Below are positions 37,994 to 51,043 of a DNA stretch of 64,000 nt, piece after piece. Made by a program: the position numbers and the translations under genes. Positions within the stretch are counted from its first letter, which is position 1. Each line of letters opens with the position of its first letter. Source of the stretch: Octopus vulgaris (lineage: Eukaryota). The notes below the pieces were generated by a model. The model did no database searches. It was not told the origin of the DNA and saw nothing but the letters and a program-made list of their open reading frames with translations. Location of the stretch: positions 72,044,001 through 72,108,000 of the forward strand of contig OX597824.1 of the NCBI GenBank assembly GCA_951406725.2. Reading direction: 5' to 3'.

Positions 37994-38694
37994 TATGTAT
38001 ATATGTAAGTGTATGTGTGTTTCTTTGTCTCTGTGTTTCTCCTTCATCACTGCTTCACTACTGCTGTTCGTTTATTTACATCCCCATAACTTACTAGTTT
38101 GACAAGAAGACACTGATAGGATAAGTGCCAGGCTTATCAAAATAAAAAAAAAAGCACTAGGCAGTGTCTCATATTTTTCTTTGCCCACTCACTTGTATCT
38201 ATCAATTTATCTTTTTGTGTGTGTCTATATTATATATATATATATAAATATCATTATTTCTAATTATCTCTAAAGGATACTTCGGCAGCGGTACTGGATA
38301 TTAACAGTTATCGCCAAGCTAACATGGCAGTCCAGATAAATAGGACGAATGCTGCCGTTTGATTAGCTCCAAGAGGCCATCGCCCCTAGCTAGCTATGTG
38401 ACACCCAAACCTGTGTCCATTATAACCTTTGAACAGGGGAGGTCAGCAGCTTCCCCTTGCTGGTCTGGCATCCCCAGACTAGTATCGAGGTGTTGCCTCT
38501 TATCAATGTGGAGTAGCCGAATCCACATTGATAAGAGACAAAAAATGTCAATTCTTCATTTGAAGATAGGCAGTATTTTGGCTTTTATATATAATATATA
38601 TATATATGATATAAAATATATAATATATATGACATATACATATAATATGCATATATAATATATACATATTATATATATATATGTGTTATATATA

Positions 38695-38852
38695 GGCATA
38701 GGAGTGGCTGTGTGGTAAGTAGCTTGCTTACAAACCACATGGTTCCAGGTTCAGTCCCACTGTGTGGCACCTGAGGAAAGTGTCTTCTACTATAGCCTCG
38801 GGTCAACCAAAGCCTTGTGAGTGGATTTGGTAGACGGAAACTGAAAGAAGCC
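38695..38852 (+). mobile_element. SINE family A, 5' half
   Basis: ggcataggagtggctgtgtgg...gaaactgaaagaagcc. Confidence 0.88.
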
Positions 38853-39524
38853 AAAATACTGCCTATCTTGAAATGAAGAATTTACATTTTCCGTTCTTGT
38901 TGAAGTTAAAATAAGAAGTTCGGTGATAGATAAAATAGACATGAAATATTTTGTAATCAGATTGTCTTGTATTGTTTAAATAGTGACGTAACCCAAATCC
39001 TTGATGGAACATTTTATTTTTGTTTTTTGCTTCTTCTTTATGTCAAGTGTTTGGTTTTTGTTTTATTTTTGTTGATAATCTTATTGTGCTTTTTAGTCAA
39101 GTATTAGAAGGATTGTTTTCAAGGAAACACTGTTATCTTACAATTCTCTTTTGTCTGTTTACCTCTTATCTCTGGCTTTGTGGTTCATAGATTAAAGGAG
39201 CGTTGATTGGATCAGTGATCTCTTATGTCCAGTTGGTGGGGAGAGTTTGACATTTTGTTTTATTGGTGGGTGGAAGCAATGCAGTTAATATGAAGTGTTG
39301 TAAAAATCTTAGATTTAGGTCACTTCTTTTTCCTAATTGTTTGACCTTTGCTACACCTGAAATATGAATGGTATTCTATTTTGAAGAATATTATTCGTAT
39401 TATGTAAGCTGATGACTGAAGGAAAACCATGGATAGTGAGAGAATTCCATATGATGGATGTTGTGCAAAAGAGAAAGGATCTAGCATTATGATTAAAGTA
39501 GGGATCAAAAAAGATGGAGAGATA

Positions 39525-39965
39525 ATAATGGTTTCAAATTTTGGCACAAAGCCTGCAGTTCTGGGGTGGGGCAAAATTGATTAAATTGACCTCTGTTCTC
39601 AACTAGTACTTATTTTATTATTTTCTACAAGGCGTAAAATTTTGTGTAGGGGGTTGCAGTCGATTAGATCAACTCCAGTATGCAACTGGTACTTAATTTA
39701 TCGACCTTGAAAGGATGAAAGGCAAAATCGACCTCGGCAGAATTTGAACTCAGAACATAAAGACATACGAAATACCATTAAACATTTCGCCTGGTGTGCT
39801 AACATTTCTGCCAGCTCGCTGCATTACTGGTACTTATTTTATTGACTCTGAACAGATGGAAGGCAAAGTTGACCTCAGCAGAATTTGAAATCACAGAACA
39901 TAAAGACAGATGAAATACTGCTAAGCATTTCACCTGGCATGTTAACGGTTCTGCTGCTTGCTGCT
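39525..39965 (-). mobile_element. Three tandem or nested family D SINE pieces
   Basis: Repeated tggtactta...gatgaaaggcaaa...gacctc.gcagaatttgaa. Confidence 0.8.
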
Positions 39966-41500
39966 TTAGAGGGAGACATAATATTGATGATAGAAAGTGG
40001 AGAAATAAAGGAATGAGTTTGACCTGGGGGATGATGGTGGTGGCATTAGGCGAGTGTGGGGTCCACTGTAGCAGCAGTAGAAAAAAGGCAATGAAGAAAA
40101 CAGTGTGTGTGTGTGGACCAGAGATTGAAGTGAGTCACACAGTGCCAAATAAAATAAATAAATAAATAAATAAATGGGTGGCTATGTGCTTTGGATGTTG
40201 TCATACATGCAACCTGATGGAGCCTCTGTGCAGTTGCTTGATCTGCTAGAAATAGCTACTAAATTTACTTCAAATCATATCGCTCTTTTTACTGGCTTAA
40301 AAACAAGGACGTATTGGTCAGTATGATTCTTGATATACAAGAAGGGGTGGTTTTGGCTTAATTAATCAAGACTTACCTGGAGTATCATTATTGGAGTCAA
40401 CATGAGCAGTGAGTTCTATGTACATAGATTACTTACAGATGTAAAAATGTGCTTGTATTTGCCATTCCCCCCACCTCTTTTTGGGGGTGGGTCAGTAGGA
40501 AAGGCAATGCCCATGCCTTTTTACAAGGACTTTGAGACCAGTAGGAAGTAAAGAAGAGGGTATCCCCCTAGCAGAAGATCTGACTTGAATGCTTACAACA
40601 GAATGGACTCTGCTAAAGACACCCAAGGTGCTAGGTGGGTGTGTTAAACTGGGTGATGGTTTAAATATTGACAGGATTTGAACTCATAACACAGTGAGCC
40701 ACAATAAATACTGCAAAGCATGCAGTTTGACTTTCCTACAGTTTCATGGTCTCTCACTTTGGATTGGTTATTTTTTAAATAACTCCCCAAAAATGAAAGG
40801 CAAAGATGACTTTGGAAGCATTTAAACTCAGAACTCATAGAGTAGGATCAAACACCATAAAGCATTCTATCCAATATTCTAATGACTCTGCTAGTTTGCC
40901 ATCTAAGTCAGTTTGCTACTTTAACATCATTCTCCTCCTCATCATCATAAATGGTTTCTAGATTTGGATGACCTCCTTAGCGCCATGGTACTTCAAGTAT
41001 GAAGTCGTGTAATTTACTAAGTGTAAATGAGATACATGTACATGCACATACACACAGTCATATACACATATACATACATATATGCATGTACGAATACATA
41101 TGGAGAATACATATACACATACTACCCACACAAATACATATATATATACAGTTAGTATGTGTGAATCATATACTCACATACTTGTGTAGTTAGTAGTTTG
41201 AATCTGTGTATAATTTATGTTCTTGCATTTGCACTGTTACACCTCCTACACCCCACTACACCACCACTTGCTACTGCTGTTGCTGCTAGTGCTATTTAAA
41301 TGCAGGGTCAAATTAAAGTCCTTGTGTAATGTTAAGTTTGTATATATGTTTCTATAAATGGAAGAATTTATCTGTGAAAAGGATAAGCAAAAGAATTTGT
41401 TAGATTTTAAAATAGATTCATTCTTGAGACTGTTTATTTTCAATATGTCCACCTTCATTACACATTACACAGCTGTCATGCAATTCTGAAGTTTGAGAAA

Positions 41501-42068
41501 TATTGGGCTCTCCGGAAAGTTCGTGCTGATTTTTAAAGGAAAGAAAAAGGTCAAATATTTGCCATTACATTTTTAATCAACCAAATATGAACCATTTTGT
41601 TGCATAATGTGTCTCCATTTTTCCTTTAACCTGAAAATACCCTCTTCCCAGAATTGAGGTGGTTTCATAGTAAAGAATTCATCGAGGTATCTTTTTACAT
41701 CATCCAAGGAATTGAAATTTTTACCATTAAGACTATTCTGCAGAGACGTGGATAAGTGGAAATCCGAAGGAGCAACAGCTGGTGAATATGGAGGGTTGGG
41801 TAACACATCCCAGCCGAGCTGCAGCAATTTTTGTCTTGGTTCCCAAAGCATCAAGTGCCGAAAATGAACTTCCTTATCTTCCATTTTAAAGGGTTACAGA
41901 ATTAACACAGGTTATAGGAACACAAACCTTCTTCCACGAAAATATAGGTTAAACTTTGCTCTAAATGGGGGTGTAGTAAAATCCTATTTCATGAACTCAA
42001 CCATGTTCTAAAATAAGTCGAAAGGTAAGCTACTATAAATTGGCATGAACTTTCCAGACAACCCAATA
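41501..42068 (-). mobile_element. Internally deleted mariner (mellifera-like MITE), 568 bp including TA TSDs
   Basis: TIRs tattgggctctccggaaagttc / gaactttccagacaacccaata; ORF 41573-41884 joins MEDKEVHFRHLMLWE to PPYSPAVAPSDFHL. Confidence 0.92.
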
Positions 42069-42464
42069 AGTAACATTGTTATATAAGCATTGTTCGTTTC
42101 CATGGTAGACATGTCTGGCCAAGGAAAATATTACCCTGCATGGAAGCAGGTGAGGAGTGGCAACAGAAAGGGCATCCATTTGCTTTAACAGTTTTTGTCT
42201 GATCCATGCCAGCATGGAAAAGTGGATGTTAATTGACGATGAATAAATTTTTGACTGACAAGAATAAAATAGAGGTATCAAGCTTCTGTTTTCTTTACAG
42301 ATTAATTAATTCCTCAATTCTCTTACTGATTACAGAACTAAAGTTATAAAAATTTTAAATTGCACCAAGATTTTTATGATAACACCTTGTAAGGGAATTT
42401 GATATACAGACCCTGTAAATAAACCATCATGTGTGTGTGTTTGTGTTTAGCACCTAAACAAAAA

Positions 42465-42737
42465 ATTAGCTATGGCTCTATAAGACGTTTGCTTCTCAAC
42501 TATATGTTTCAGGTTCAGTCCCACCACATGGTGCTTTAGACAAGTGTATTCTACTATATCTTAGGGCCTACCAAAGCCTTGTGAGTGGATTTGGTTGATG
42601 GAAACTCTGTGTGTGTGTATGATGGACTTTTTTAAGTTTCCAGCTACCAAATCTGCTCACAAGGCTTTGGTCACCCCAAGGCTTGCCCAAAGTGCCATGC
42701 AGTGGGACTGAACCTGGAATACAACCACGCTTGTACC
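42465..42737. mobile_element. Two inverted 5' halves of SINE family A
   Basis: + copy 42465-42606 and - copy 42618-42737. Confidence 0.75.
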
Positions 42738-43020
42738 TATCTATTTTCTAAAAGGATGGTGCCCCAGTATGGTCACCATATAGGCTGAAACTAATAAAAT
42801 AAAATAAACCCAATGATTTTATTTTTAAAGCTATTATCAATGTTGTCATTGGATTAAAGAGCTATGAGAGACGAATTTGCCCCCATCTTGGGTAACATTG
42901 TTATGTGATCTGCTTCTTATTCTTGACAACTCAGACATTTTAAGCCAACAAGGGAACCTATATGTGGCTGCAAAACCTGACTAGAAATAGCAACCAAATA
43001 TGATTATCACTATCATATTA

Positions 43021-43420
43021 TTTACAATTGATGGATATTTGTCCTCATCTTATTTGTTGTTAACACAATGTTTCGGCTGATATACACTCCAGCCTTCATC
43101 AGGTGTCTTGGGGGAAATTTCGAATCTGGGTTCTCATTCCTAAGGTATTTTTTGATATTGTTGTTATTGGTGGTGTTGTTGTCGTCGTTGTTCTTGTTGT
43201 TGTTGTCATCGTCATCGTTGTCGCCGCCGCTGCCATCACCACCGTCGTCATCGGCGTCGTTGTTGTTGTAATGAGAACCCGGGTTTGAAATTTCCCCAAG
43301 ACACCTAATGAAGGCTGGAGGGTATATCAGCCAAAACGTTAACAAACGAGATGAGAACAAATATCCATCAATTGTAAATAATGTATCTAATTCTCATCTC
43401 TTAAATTTAGAACTGCAACA
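43021..43420. mobile_element. Penelope-like foldback insertion (inverted terminal repeats around a (GTT/GTC)n spacer)
   Basis: Arms 43017-43138 and 43270-43382 are reverse complements; TSD cactatcat(a/c)tta at 43008-43020 and 43421-43433. Confidence 0.85.
43062..43107 (-). ncRNA. Minimal type I hammerhead ribozyme motif
   Basis: GACAC-CUGAUGA-A-GGCUG(GAGUGUAUAU)CAGCC-GAA-ACAU-U-GUGUU; canonical core with stems I and II intact. Confidence 0.75.
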
Positions 43421-44111
43421 CACTATCATCTTAGAAAAGGTCATGTTGGATATTCTGGTGGTTGTGGGGTCCCTATATGTAGGAAAAAGACTAAATGGTA
43501 ACAGCTGAAATGCTTTTGATCACAGGTCTGATTGATCAGGCCTTCCTGGTGTTAAACAACAATAACAATAACTCTAGTATTTAAGACAATGTGCATTATT
43601 GAAATATAGTAAGATTCCTTCTGGAGTGGATTTGAACTCGAGGCCTTTCGCGTTGTATCTTGATTTGACAGTTTCACATCTCATTTAGATTAATGTGTTT
43701 TGCTTGGGAGCACAAGGTCAAAGTTTTTTGCGTAGGGATTAATAGCTTCGCCCACCTCTCTGTGATGTCAAACAAGAGCTCCACCCTAAAGAGAGGAGAA
43801 AGTGTGTTGACTTCTGTGTTCAATAAAATGTCAGAAATAAACTACTGGTGCCATGTCACTTCAGATGTGACATTTCTTCTTCCTTTCTCTCTTTTTATTT
43901 TGGTAATGATGGGATGGGTGGAACTTGGGAAGATTTGGTCCCTGAGGACGTTATTTTTAACCAACTTTATTTACTGTTGTCCTCACTTGAGCTATATATA
44001 TATGTGTGTGTGTGTACGGTAGTGTGGGCGTGTGAAAAAGAGAAGTAATGTGTTAAAACAGATGATTTTGTATGTTGTATGAAACACATGCTTTGGTTCT
44101 ATGTCACTTCT

Positions 44112-44144
<33 letters not shown>

Positions 44145-44146
<2 letters not shown>

Positions 44147-44690
44147 GAGTGAGAAAGCAGTGCATGCCATCAAAGTGACACTGGGGTAAAATATACGAAG
44201 CCCAGTGTACCCATCATGACTACCCGTCTGATAAGGGTACACCAGGCACATGCATCACAACAATATGTGCGCGACATATCAAGATAAACAGCACATAACC
44301 TTGCAGATGGGACCCAGCTAGAATTTTCTTCTGGTCAAGTAACCCATCCTGCTCAAAAGGTACCTGAATAAGGGTTGTTTAAGGATGTTGAACAAACCAC
44401 CCATGTTTCCAGAGGTGAATTAGTCAAACCCCAAAGAATCCCTCTCAACACATGGCTATGATGCTCCCCCACTACTTCTGCTCATTTTCAGAGATGCACA
44501 TATCGTCAGCCATTAAGGGACATGCTCAACCGATTAAGGTCAAACAACTGACAAGCAAATCTGTGGTATTGAGCAGAATATTTGCTGTAGCCCATCTTTT
44601 ATACCAAGACAAAACAATGTACATGATAATACTTCCAATCAGTTAAGATTAGAAGCAATGAGAGCCACTGCCTGGTACTGCATCAGGGCT
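44145..44690 (-). mobile_element. Unclassified ~545-bp non-coding insertion embedded in (ATT)n
   Basis: Flanked on both sides by ttcattatt followed by (ATT)n; gives a (TAA)n tail on the minus strand. Confidence 0.6.
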
Positions 44691-44739
44691 TTCATTATTG
44701 TTATTATTATTATTATCATCATTATTATTATTATTATTA

Positions 44740-44776
<37 letters not shown>

Positions 44777-44797
44777 CATTATTATTATTAGTTGACT

Positions 44798-45015
44798 AAA
44801 GGCAACATGGAGGCAGAATCATTAGCATGTTAGATAAAATGCTTAGTGGCATTTCTTCTGGCTCTTTACATTCTAAGTTCTAATTCTGTTAAGTTGACTT
44901 TGCCTTTCATCCTTTTGGGGTTGATAAAATAAATACTAGTTTAGTACTGGGGTCTATGTAATTGACTAACCGGTCCTCCTAAAATTACTAACCTTGTGCC
45001 AAAATTTGAAACCAT
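44798..45015 (+). mobile_element. SINE family D
   Basis: gttgactttgcctttcatcctt...ccttgtgccaaaatttgaaacc. Confidence 0.75.
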
Positions 45016-45252
45016 TATTATTAGGCAGCTAGTTGATCAATTAACTAATCAACCGCTTGATTAAGCAGTCAGCTGGTTTTTCATGATTCTTTAATCATTT
45101 GCGAACTCATCAGTGAACCTATCTTTTCTCTAAAAAGAGGTTGAAGGCAACAAAACAAAAAAGTGATGCAGAAATGGTGCATGTGTTTCTTATTCGCAAA
45201 ATTATCCTCCCAAGATACTATACACACTCACACACACACACACAGCAGGGTA

Positions 45253-45556
45253 GTGGAGGCACATGGCCTAGTGGTTAGAGCAGCGGACTTGCGGTCGAGG
45301 GATCGCAGGTTCGAATCTCAGACCGGGCGATGTGTGTGTTTATGAGCGAAACACCTAAGCTCCATGCTGCTCCGGCAGAAGGTAATGACGAACTTCTGCT
45401 GACTCTTTCGCCACAACTTTCTCTCACTCTTTCCTCCTGCATCTTGCAGCTCACCTGCGACGGACCGGCGTCCCATCCTGGTGGGGAACCTATACACCAA
45501 GGAAACTGGGAAACCGGCCCTTGTGAGCCAGGCGTGGCTCAAGAAGGAGCAAACAA
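45253..45556 (+). mobile_element. SINE family C, full length
   Basis: Near-identical to 8358-8662; TSD acacagYagggt at 45240-45251 and 45557-45568. Confidence 0.92.
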
Positions 45557-46169
45557 ACACAGTAGGGTGGTGCCATTCAAAAGTTAAAAATCCAATAGTC
45601 TGATTGACCATGTGAGATATATATACATATATATTTATACACACACCACATGTATATATACATATTTATCTACATATGCACATATGTGTACATTACATAC
45701 CTACAAGATATGTATATGTGTGTACAGTGAAGATATGCATGTGTGTATCAACACAACATAACCACCAAGGAAAGACTTGTTTCTCTAGTTATCCCTTTTA
45801 TCCCATCTCTAGGAGCCAACCTCAAAACTACCACTGCATATGGGTGGGAAGGGGTCTTCTGGTTGGGGTCAGTACAAGTTGTGACTTCTGTTAGGACAGT
45901 AGCTTACAAGTGGAACAGGTTAGTGAAGCAACTTGAAGGAAGAGAAAAGTGAGTGAGATGGGCTCTCTACCAGGGTAGAGAGTAACGGTATGTAGCCAGG
46001 TGCGGGTGTATGTGTGGAGGATAGGGAGAGTGAATGGTGGTAGATTGAAAGAAATTGATAAATTTGTGAAGAGATGGTAAAAGTGTTGTTGATAGTAGCA
46101 ATAGTGTTGGTGGTTGCTCTGATCTTTTGTTGGTTGTGGTTTTGAATTGTTAATGGTTGTAGTGGTTGG

Positions 46170-47125
46170 GCCCTAAGTTATCTGGTTATCCATCACACCC
46201 GTCATCAAAGCCATTTCAGCCATGACTATCCAGTTGACTACATTGATCAATATATCTTTATTTGGGCAGAACTGTAGGGTGTGATTTGGAGGAAGATTTG
46301 GCTGCTGATTTAAGGGATATTTGGCTGCTACTTCTAGCTGGTTGACTGAGCACACAGAGGCTCCCTTGTTGGCTCCAGTGGCAGCGTTATTGTTTTTGTT
46401 TAACCCCAGGTCAGCTTCAATTGACCTGAACTATGATCAAAGGCATTCCAGCCGTGACCAACCCACCTTATATTTATGTGCAGGAACTTAGAAACACATC
46501 AAGCAACATTTCTTTTTAAGTCTGTAGTGTGTGATTTAAGGAAAATTTAATTGTTATTCCTAGCTGGGCAAGTATCTATGTAGAGGTTTTCCTTCTGTAT
46601 CAAACAGCTGTAATGTACTTGTTGTTGTGGTGGTGGCAAGCTGTTGTGGGAAAGAGGTGATCATGCCAATGGTCCTGTCCCTGTGGTGGTGGTGGTGATG
46701 GTTTTAGTGGTGTTGTGATTGTTTTATAGCGGAGGTGGTGGAGCACTCTCCTTGCCGTTGTTTAGTCCCTTGTTAACTATGATTGAATAGACAGGAGTTC
46801 AAATCCATTCCATCTATGACCATCCTGCTTTTTTAAGGATATGCAGGATTGTGTTATCCAATGTGCCCTTTTGTTTCCCAAGAGTAGATAGAGTATGATT
46901 TTAGAGCTTCAGCTGCTATTTCTAGCCAGCTGAGGGACTGTGTAAAGCTTCCCTTATTGTCTCATTGTTGTTGGTGATGGTGGCGAGGATAGGTGGTGTA
47001 GGGACTAATTTTTTTTTCGGTATTGGTGATGGGAGGTCTAAATTGTGGTGGTGGCAGAGGTGATGTATTTGTATAACCTCAAGTCAACCCTGATTTGACA
47101 GATCTGTGCTCAAAGGCATTCCTGA
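46170..47125. repeat. Cluster of four same-orientation copies of an old ~200-bp dispersed repeat (family F)
   Basis: Recurring ccccaggtca...tatgatcaaaggcattccagc...gatttggctgctatttctagc. Other copies near 13520, 27330, 49065-49445, 52170, 53280 and 55065; inverted copies near 40190 and 42940-43560. Confidence 0.7.
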
Positions 47126-47153
47126 GATATATATATATGTGTGTTTGTGTGTG

Positions 47154-48415
47154 TAGGGTGCAGTGAATAAACTGTTGTCTAAATTATGCAAAAATGAAAA
47201 TAACTCTGAAATCTCACTTTAACAGATTTATTTACCAAAATCACATAAAAATATCTTGAAATACTAAAGAGTAAATTTATTCAATAAAATTGCAATTGGC
47301 TTCAACCATGGCCTCCAGACAACTTTGGAAATCTCCTGCAGCTCGTCTGGACAGTCTCCTTGTTTAAGTTGGTGAATGCTGCCATAATCCTTGCCTTCAG
47401 TTCGTCTTTGGTGTTACAAGGAATTTCGTTAGTCTCTCGCTCAACTGTGACTCACATATAATCAAAGGGGTTGCAGTCTGATGAGTTAGGTGGCTAGATG
47501 TTAAGAGGTGATGAGGTTGCAGAAATTGTCTGACAGCCTTGACTGGGTTCTCCTGCTTGCATCGCTTGGTGCAAAGTCTTTTGACAGACATAGGGTCTTC
47601 CAGCAGCTGCCCTCCTGACCCTGGGCTGCACTACCTCCTCCAGGCTCTTGATGCAGGCCTCCATGTTGGTTTTGAGGTCGTGTGGGAAGATGAATGGAGG
47701 CATAATGTCGCCATCACTCCAAACACCATGATGTTGACTAGATGTTTGATTTTTATCACTCTCGGTACAAACCAACTGTTCTTCTGTGTTCACCATCTGA
47801 TCCTGGCAGAAATTTTTCTCATCTGAGAAAAACCAAAGCATGTTCAGTTAGAGGAGATGCTTGGGTTTGCTCAAAAACTTTGTAGCATGGTCCCTTTTCT
47901 TGTCCTTGATGGCTTGGGACAAAAACTGGCCCTTTCTCACTTTGCTTGAGGAATACCAAATGTCTTTATACACTACCTGTCTGATAAGAAACTCACACTC
48001 CCATGTCCCAGGCGATGGATCTGATTGGCTTGAAGGGATCGTTGACAATCATGGCCTGGATTCCACCAACAAATTCAGGGGTTCTTTTCTTATCAGAACA
48101 GTGTTTTCCAAATAGCTGTATCTTTGTAATCACCATTAGACTCATCCAACTCTTTCTGAATCCCCTGCACTCTCCTCAGATTGACACCCAAATGCACTGA
48201 AATGTTTGTATTAGAGCTTCCAGAATGAATGCCAAGTAGTAGAGCATGTTGTTTCCAAATTTCTGGCTGAGTAAATTGCATCATGGTGCTGTTTTTCTCA
48301 AAGATGGTGCCCAACTGACCCTACTATACTGTGTAGTTGACAAAATCAAAAATAAACAATGCACATGCATGAAATTAAAAATATAAAATGGTGACAATTT
48401 ACCCATCACACCCTG
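47154..48415 (-). mobile_element. Full-length decayed DD37D (maT) Tc1/mariner element
   Basis: (C)AGGGTG termini with TA; FFSDEKNF, DGDIMPPFIF and GRPYV relics; frameshifted. Confidence 0.88.
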
Positions 48416-48629
48416 TATATAAACGTACACACATGTTCGTGTGTGTGTGTTGACGTATGTATATGAATGGATTGGGTATTTGTTTCCCTGGGTTCAGTCA
48501 AGTGATGTTGACATCAGATGAGACTCCAATAAGGGTCAAAAATCAATTAAAAGCTGTTCATAATTGTTTCAGTTGATGGAGAAATAAGTAAATTTGACAT
48601 GTTTGTATGTTAATTACATATGTTTGTGT

Positions 48630-48664
<35 letters not shown>

Positions 48665-48762
48665 CAGAACTTATATTGACCAATATGTCCTTCTTTAATA
48701 CAATGTTATGATTTGCTGGAGCTCTGGCTACTGTGTACAACATGTTGAGCCATTGCTTGAAG

Positions 48763-48960
48763 TGGCAGTTCTCAACCACAGCTCCCAGGGATGCATGTAG
48801 CTCTCAAGCATCCTTCCAATGGCTCTCAATGGTCCTCCCTTTATAAATATAATAAATTGTTCTTTAATTGACTTGTATTTTACTTTGTTTGGTGTCCCCC
48901 CCCCCTAAAAATATCATAGTTTTGGATCTGGCCTTGACATTAAAAGGTGGAGACCTATTG
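48763..48960. mobile_element. hAT-type MITE
   Basis: 8-bp TSD gcttgaag/gcttaaag; decayed TIRs ..GCAGTTCTCAACC / GGTGGAGACCTATTG. Confidence 0.7.
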
Positions 48961-50653
48961 GCTTAAAGACACATAACCCTTGTTCTAACATGATGTGATG
49001 GGTAGTACAGTAGTAGTAGTAGTAGTAGCAGCAGTCGTTATAGTATTGGTGATGGCCTTTTGTGGTTGTTGTTTAGCTTCAGGTTAACCCTATTTGATTT
49101 GACGTATAATTAGACATCCCTGCTATGATTGTTTTACTTTTTAAGATGTTGATAGGGCTACATTATCTAGTCCTTTTATAAAGTAGTAAGGTTTCATTTG
49201 AATGAGATTTGGCTGTTATTTCTTGCAGATCAAGTAACCACATTAAAGCTCTCTCTGGTGGCTGCTGTTGTTTAGCTCCAGGTCAATCTTGATCAAGCTT
49301 TCAGACATATAGTCTTAGGCATTTGAACCTTGACCTTTCTTTTATTCAGATACAGTGTATCTAGGATGGTGTAGGGTGTGTGATTTGAGGATGATTTGAA
49401 TGCTATATCTACATGTTGACTGACCACACAGGGGTTTCCGTTATTGTTTTGTTGGCAAAGATTGCGGTGGTGTTGTGGGGGGTTTATGGTATACCTGGCT
49501 AATTAAATGTTATCAGTGACAGAAGAAACTGTTGTCATGTCAACCAGCATCAGGAGAGACCACGTTTCTGCACTTTCACCCTGGCTTCCTTGTTAATCTT
49601 ATCAAAACAACTAATCATTGTTGTTCTTGCTACTGTTGTTGTAGCCACTCTTTTGTTGTTGTTGCTGTAATAGCTGATCTTGTAGCTGCTCTTTTGTTGT
49701 TTGCAGTTATGCTTGTTATTGTTGTAGGAGTATTGTTGTTGTTGTAGTGGCTGATTTTATTGTAGATATGGTTTTGTTGTTTGTATTCTTATTGTTGTAA
49801 TTGCTGATACTACAGCTGTTGTTGTGGATGGTTAGTTTGTTGGTAATTAAAGACCCTCTAGTTTTGAAAGTGCCTCTGTCACGTGAAAACCCATGTGACT
49901 CTGTCACATTTAGTAGCAGGCAGTTCAATTGTTGTAGTATCTCACATATATAATGTAATGACTTAAAAATAAGTTTTGATTAACTGTAACTACCCATGCC
50001 TTTAATAAACAAATACACCCTTTAGTGGTGTTTAAAAAAAAAAACCCGAAAAAGCAAGGGAAATAACCCCAGTTAGATCAGTTGATTCAAATCTGTTTAC
50101 AAGATAGACAATGTAGATAGTTGCAGGCATGGTTTTAATCTTGTTCATGTTGTAGATATTGTTGTTGTAGCTATTTGTTGTCCTTGTTGATGTCATCATC
50201 ATTGTTGTTGGGTAGTCTTTTATTAAAAGACCACATTGAAAGCCTAATTACTGTTGCTGTTGGCAATTTGGTGATAATGATGATGACTTATTGTTTGGTG
50301 TGTATTAATTAAAAAAACAACAACATCTGATTGAAGATTACTTAAGATATAATTGTTGTTTGTTTCTCAGTTCTTGGTCTTTCTAACTTTTCTTTTACAT
50401 ACACTAACTATGGCTGTATGTATTTCACTCTTCTCTCTTTCCCTAATATTTATTCATGCACATGTGGTTTGTTCATTTATTCATTCATTTAATTTTATGT
50501 CAGTTTTTTTTGTGCTTGTATGGCTTAAACAAAATTTGTTGAATATTTTCTACAGCCGGGTACTCTTCCTGTTGCCAACTCTTACCTCTTCTCCAAATAA
50601 AGGACTTCAAGAGACTTGCATTATATATATATATATTCCTCATTGGTCATTTA

Positions 50654-50880
50654 CTCTTTTACTTGTTTCAGTCATTTGACTGCGGCCATGCTGGAGCACG
50701 GCCTTTAGTCAAGCAAATCGACCCCAGGATTTATTCTTTGTAAGCCTACTATTTATTCTATCGGTCTCTTTTGCCGAACTGCTAAGTTACGGGGACGTAA
50801 ATACACCACCATCGGTTGTCAAGCGATGTTGAGGGGACAAACACAGACACACAAACACACACACACACACACATATATAT

Positions 50881-50928
<48 letters not shown>

Positions 50929-51043
50929 GACAGGCTTTTTGCAGTTTCCGTCTACCAAATCCACTCATAAGGCTTTGGTCGGCCCGAACCTGGAACCATG
51001 TGGTTGGTAAGCAAGCTACTTACCACACAGCCACTCCTACGCC
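50654..51043 (-). mobile_element. SINE family A with internal deletion
   Basis: Similarity to 110-570; the segment between ggcccga and acctggaacc is missing. Confidence 0.9.
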
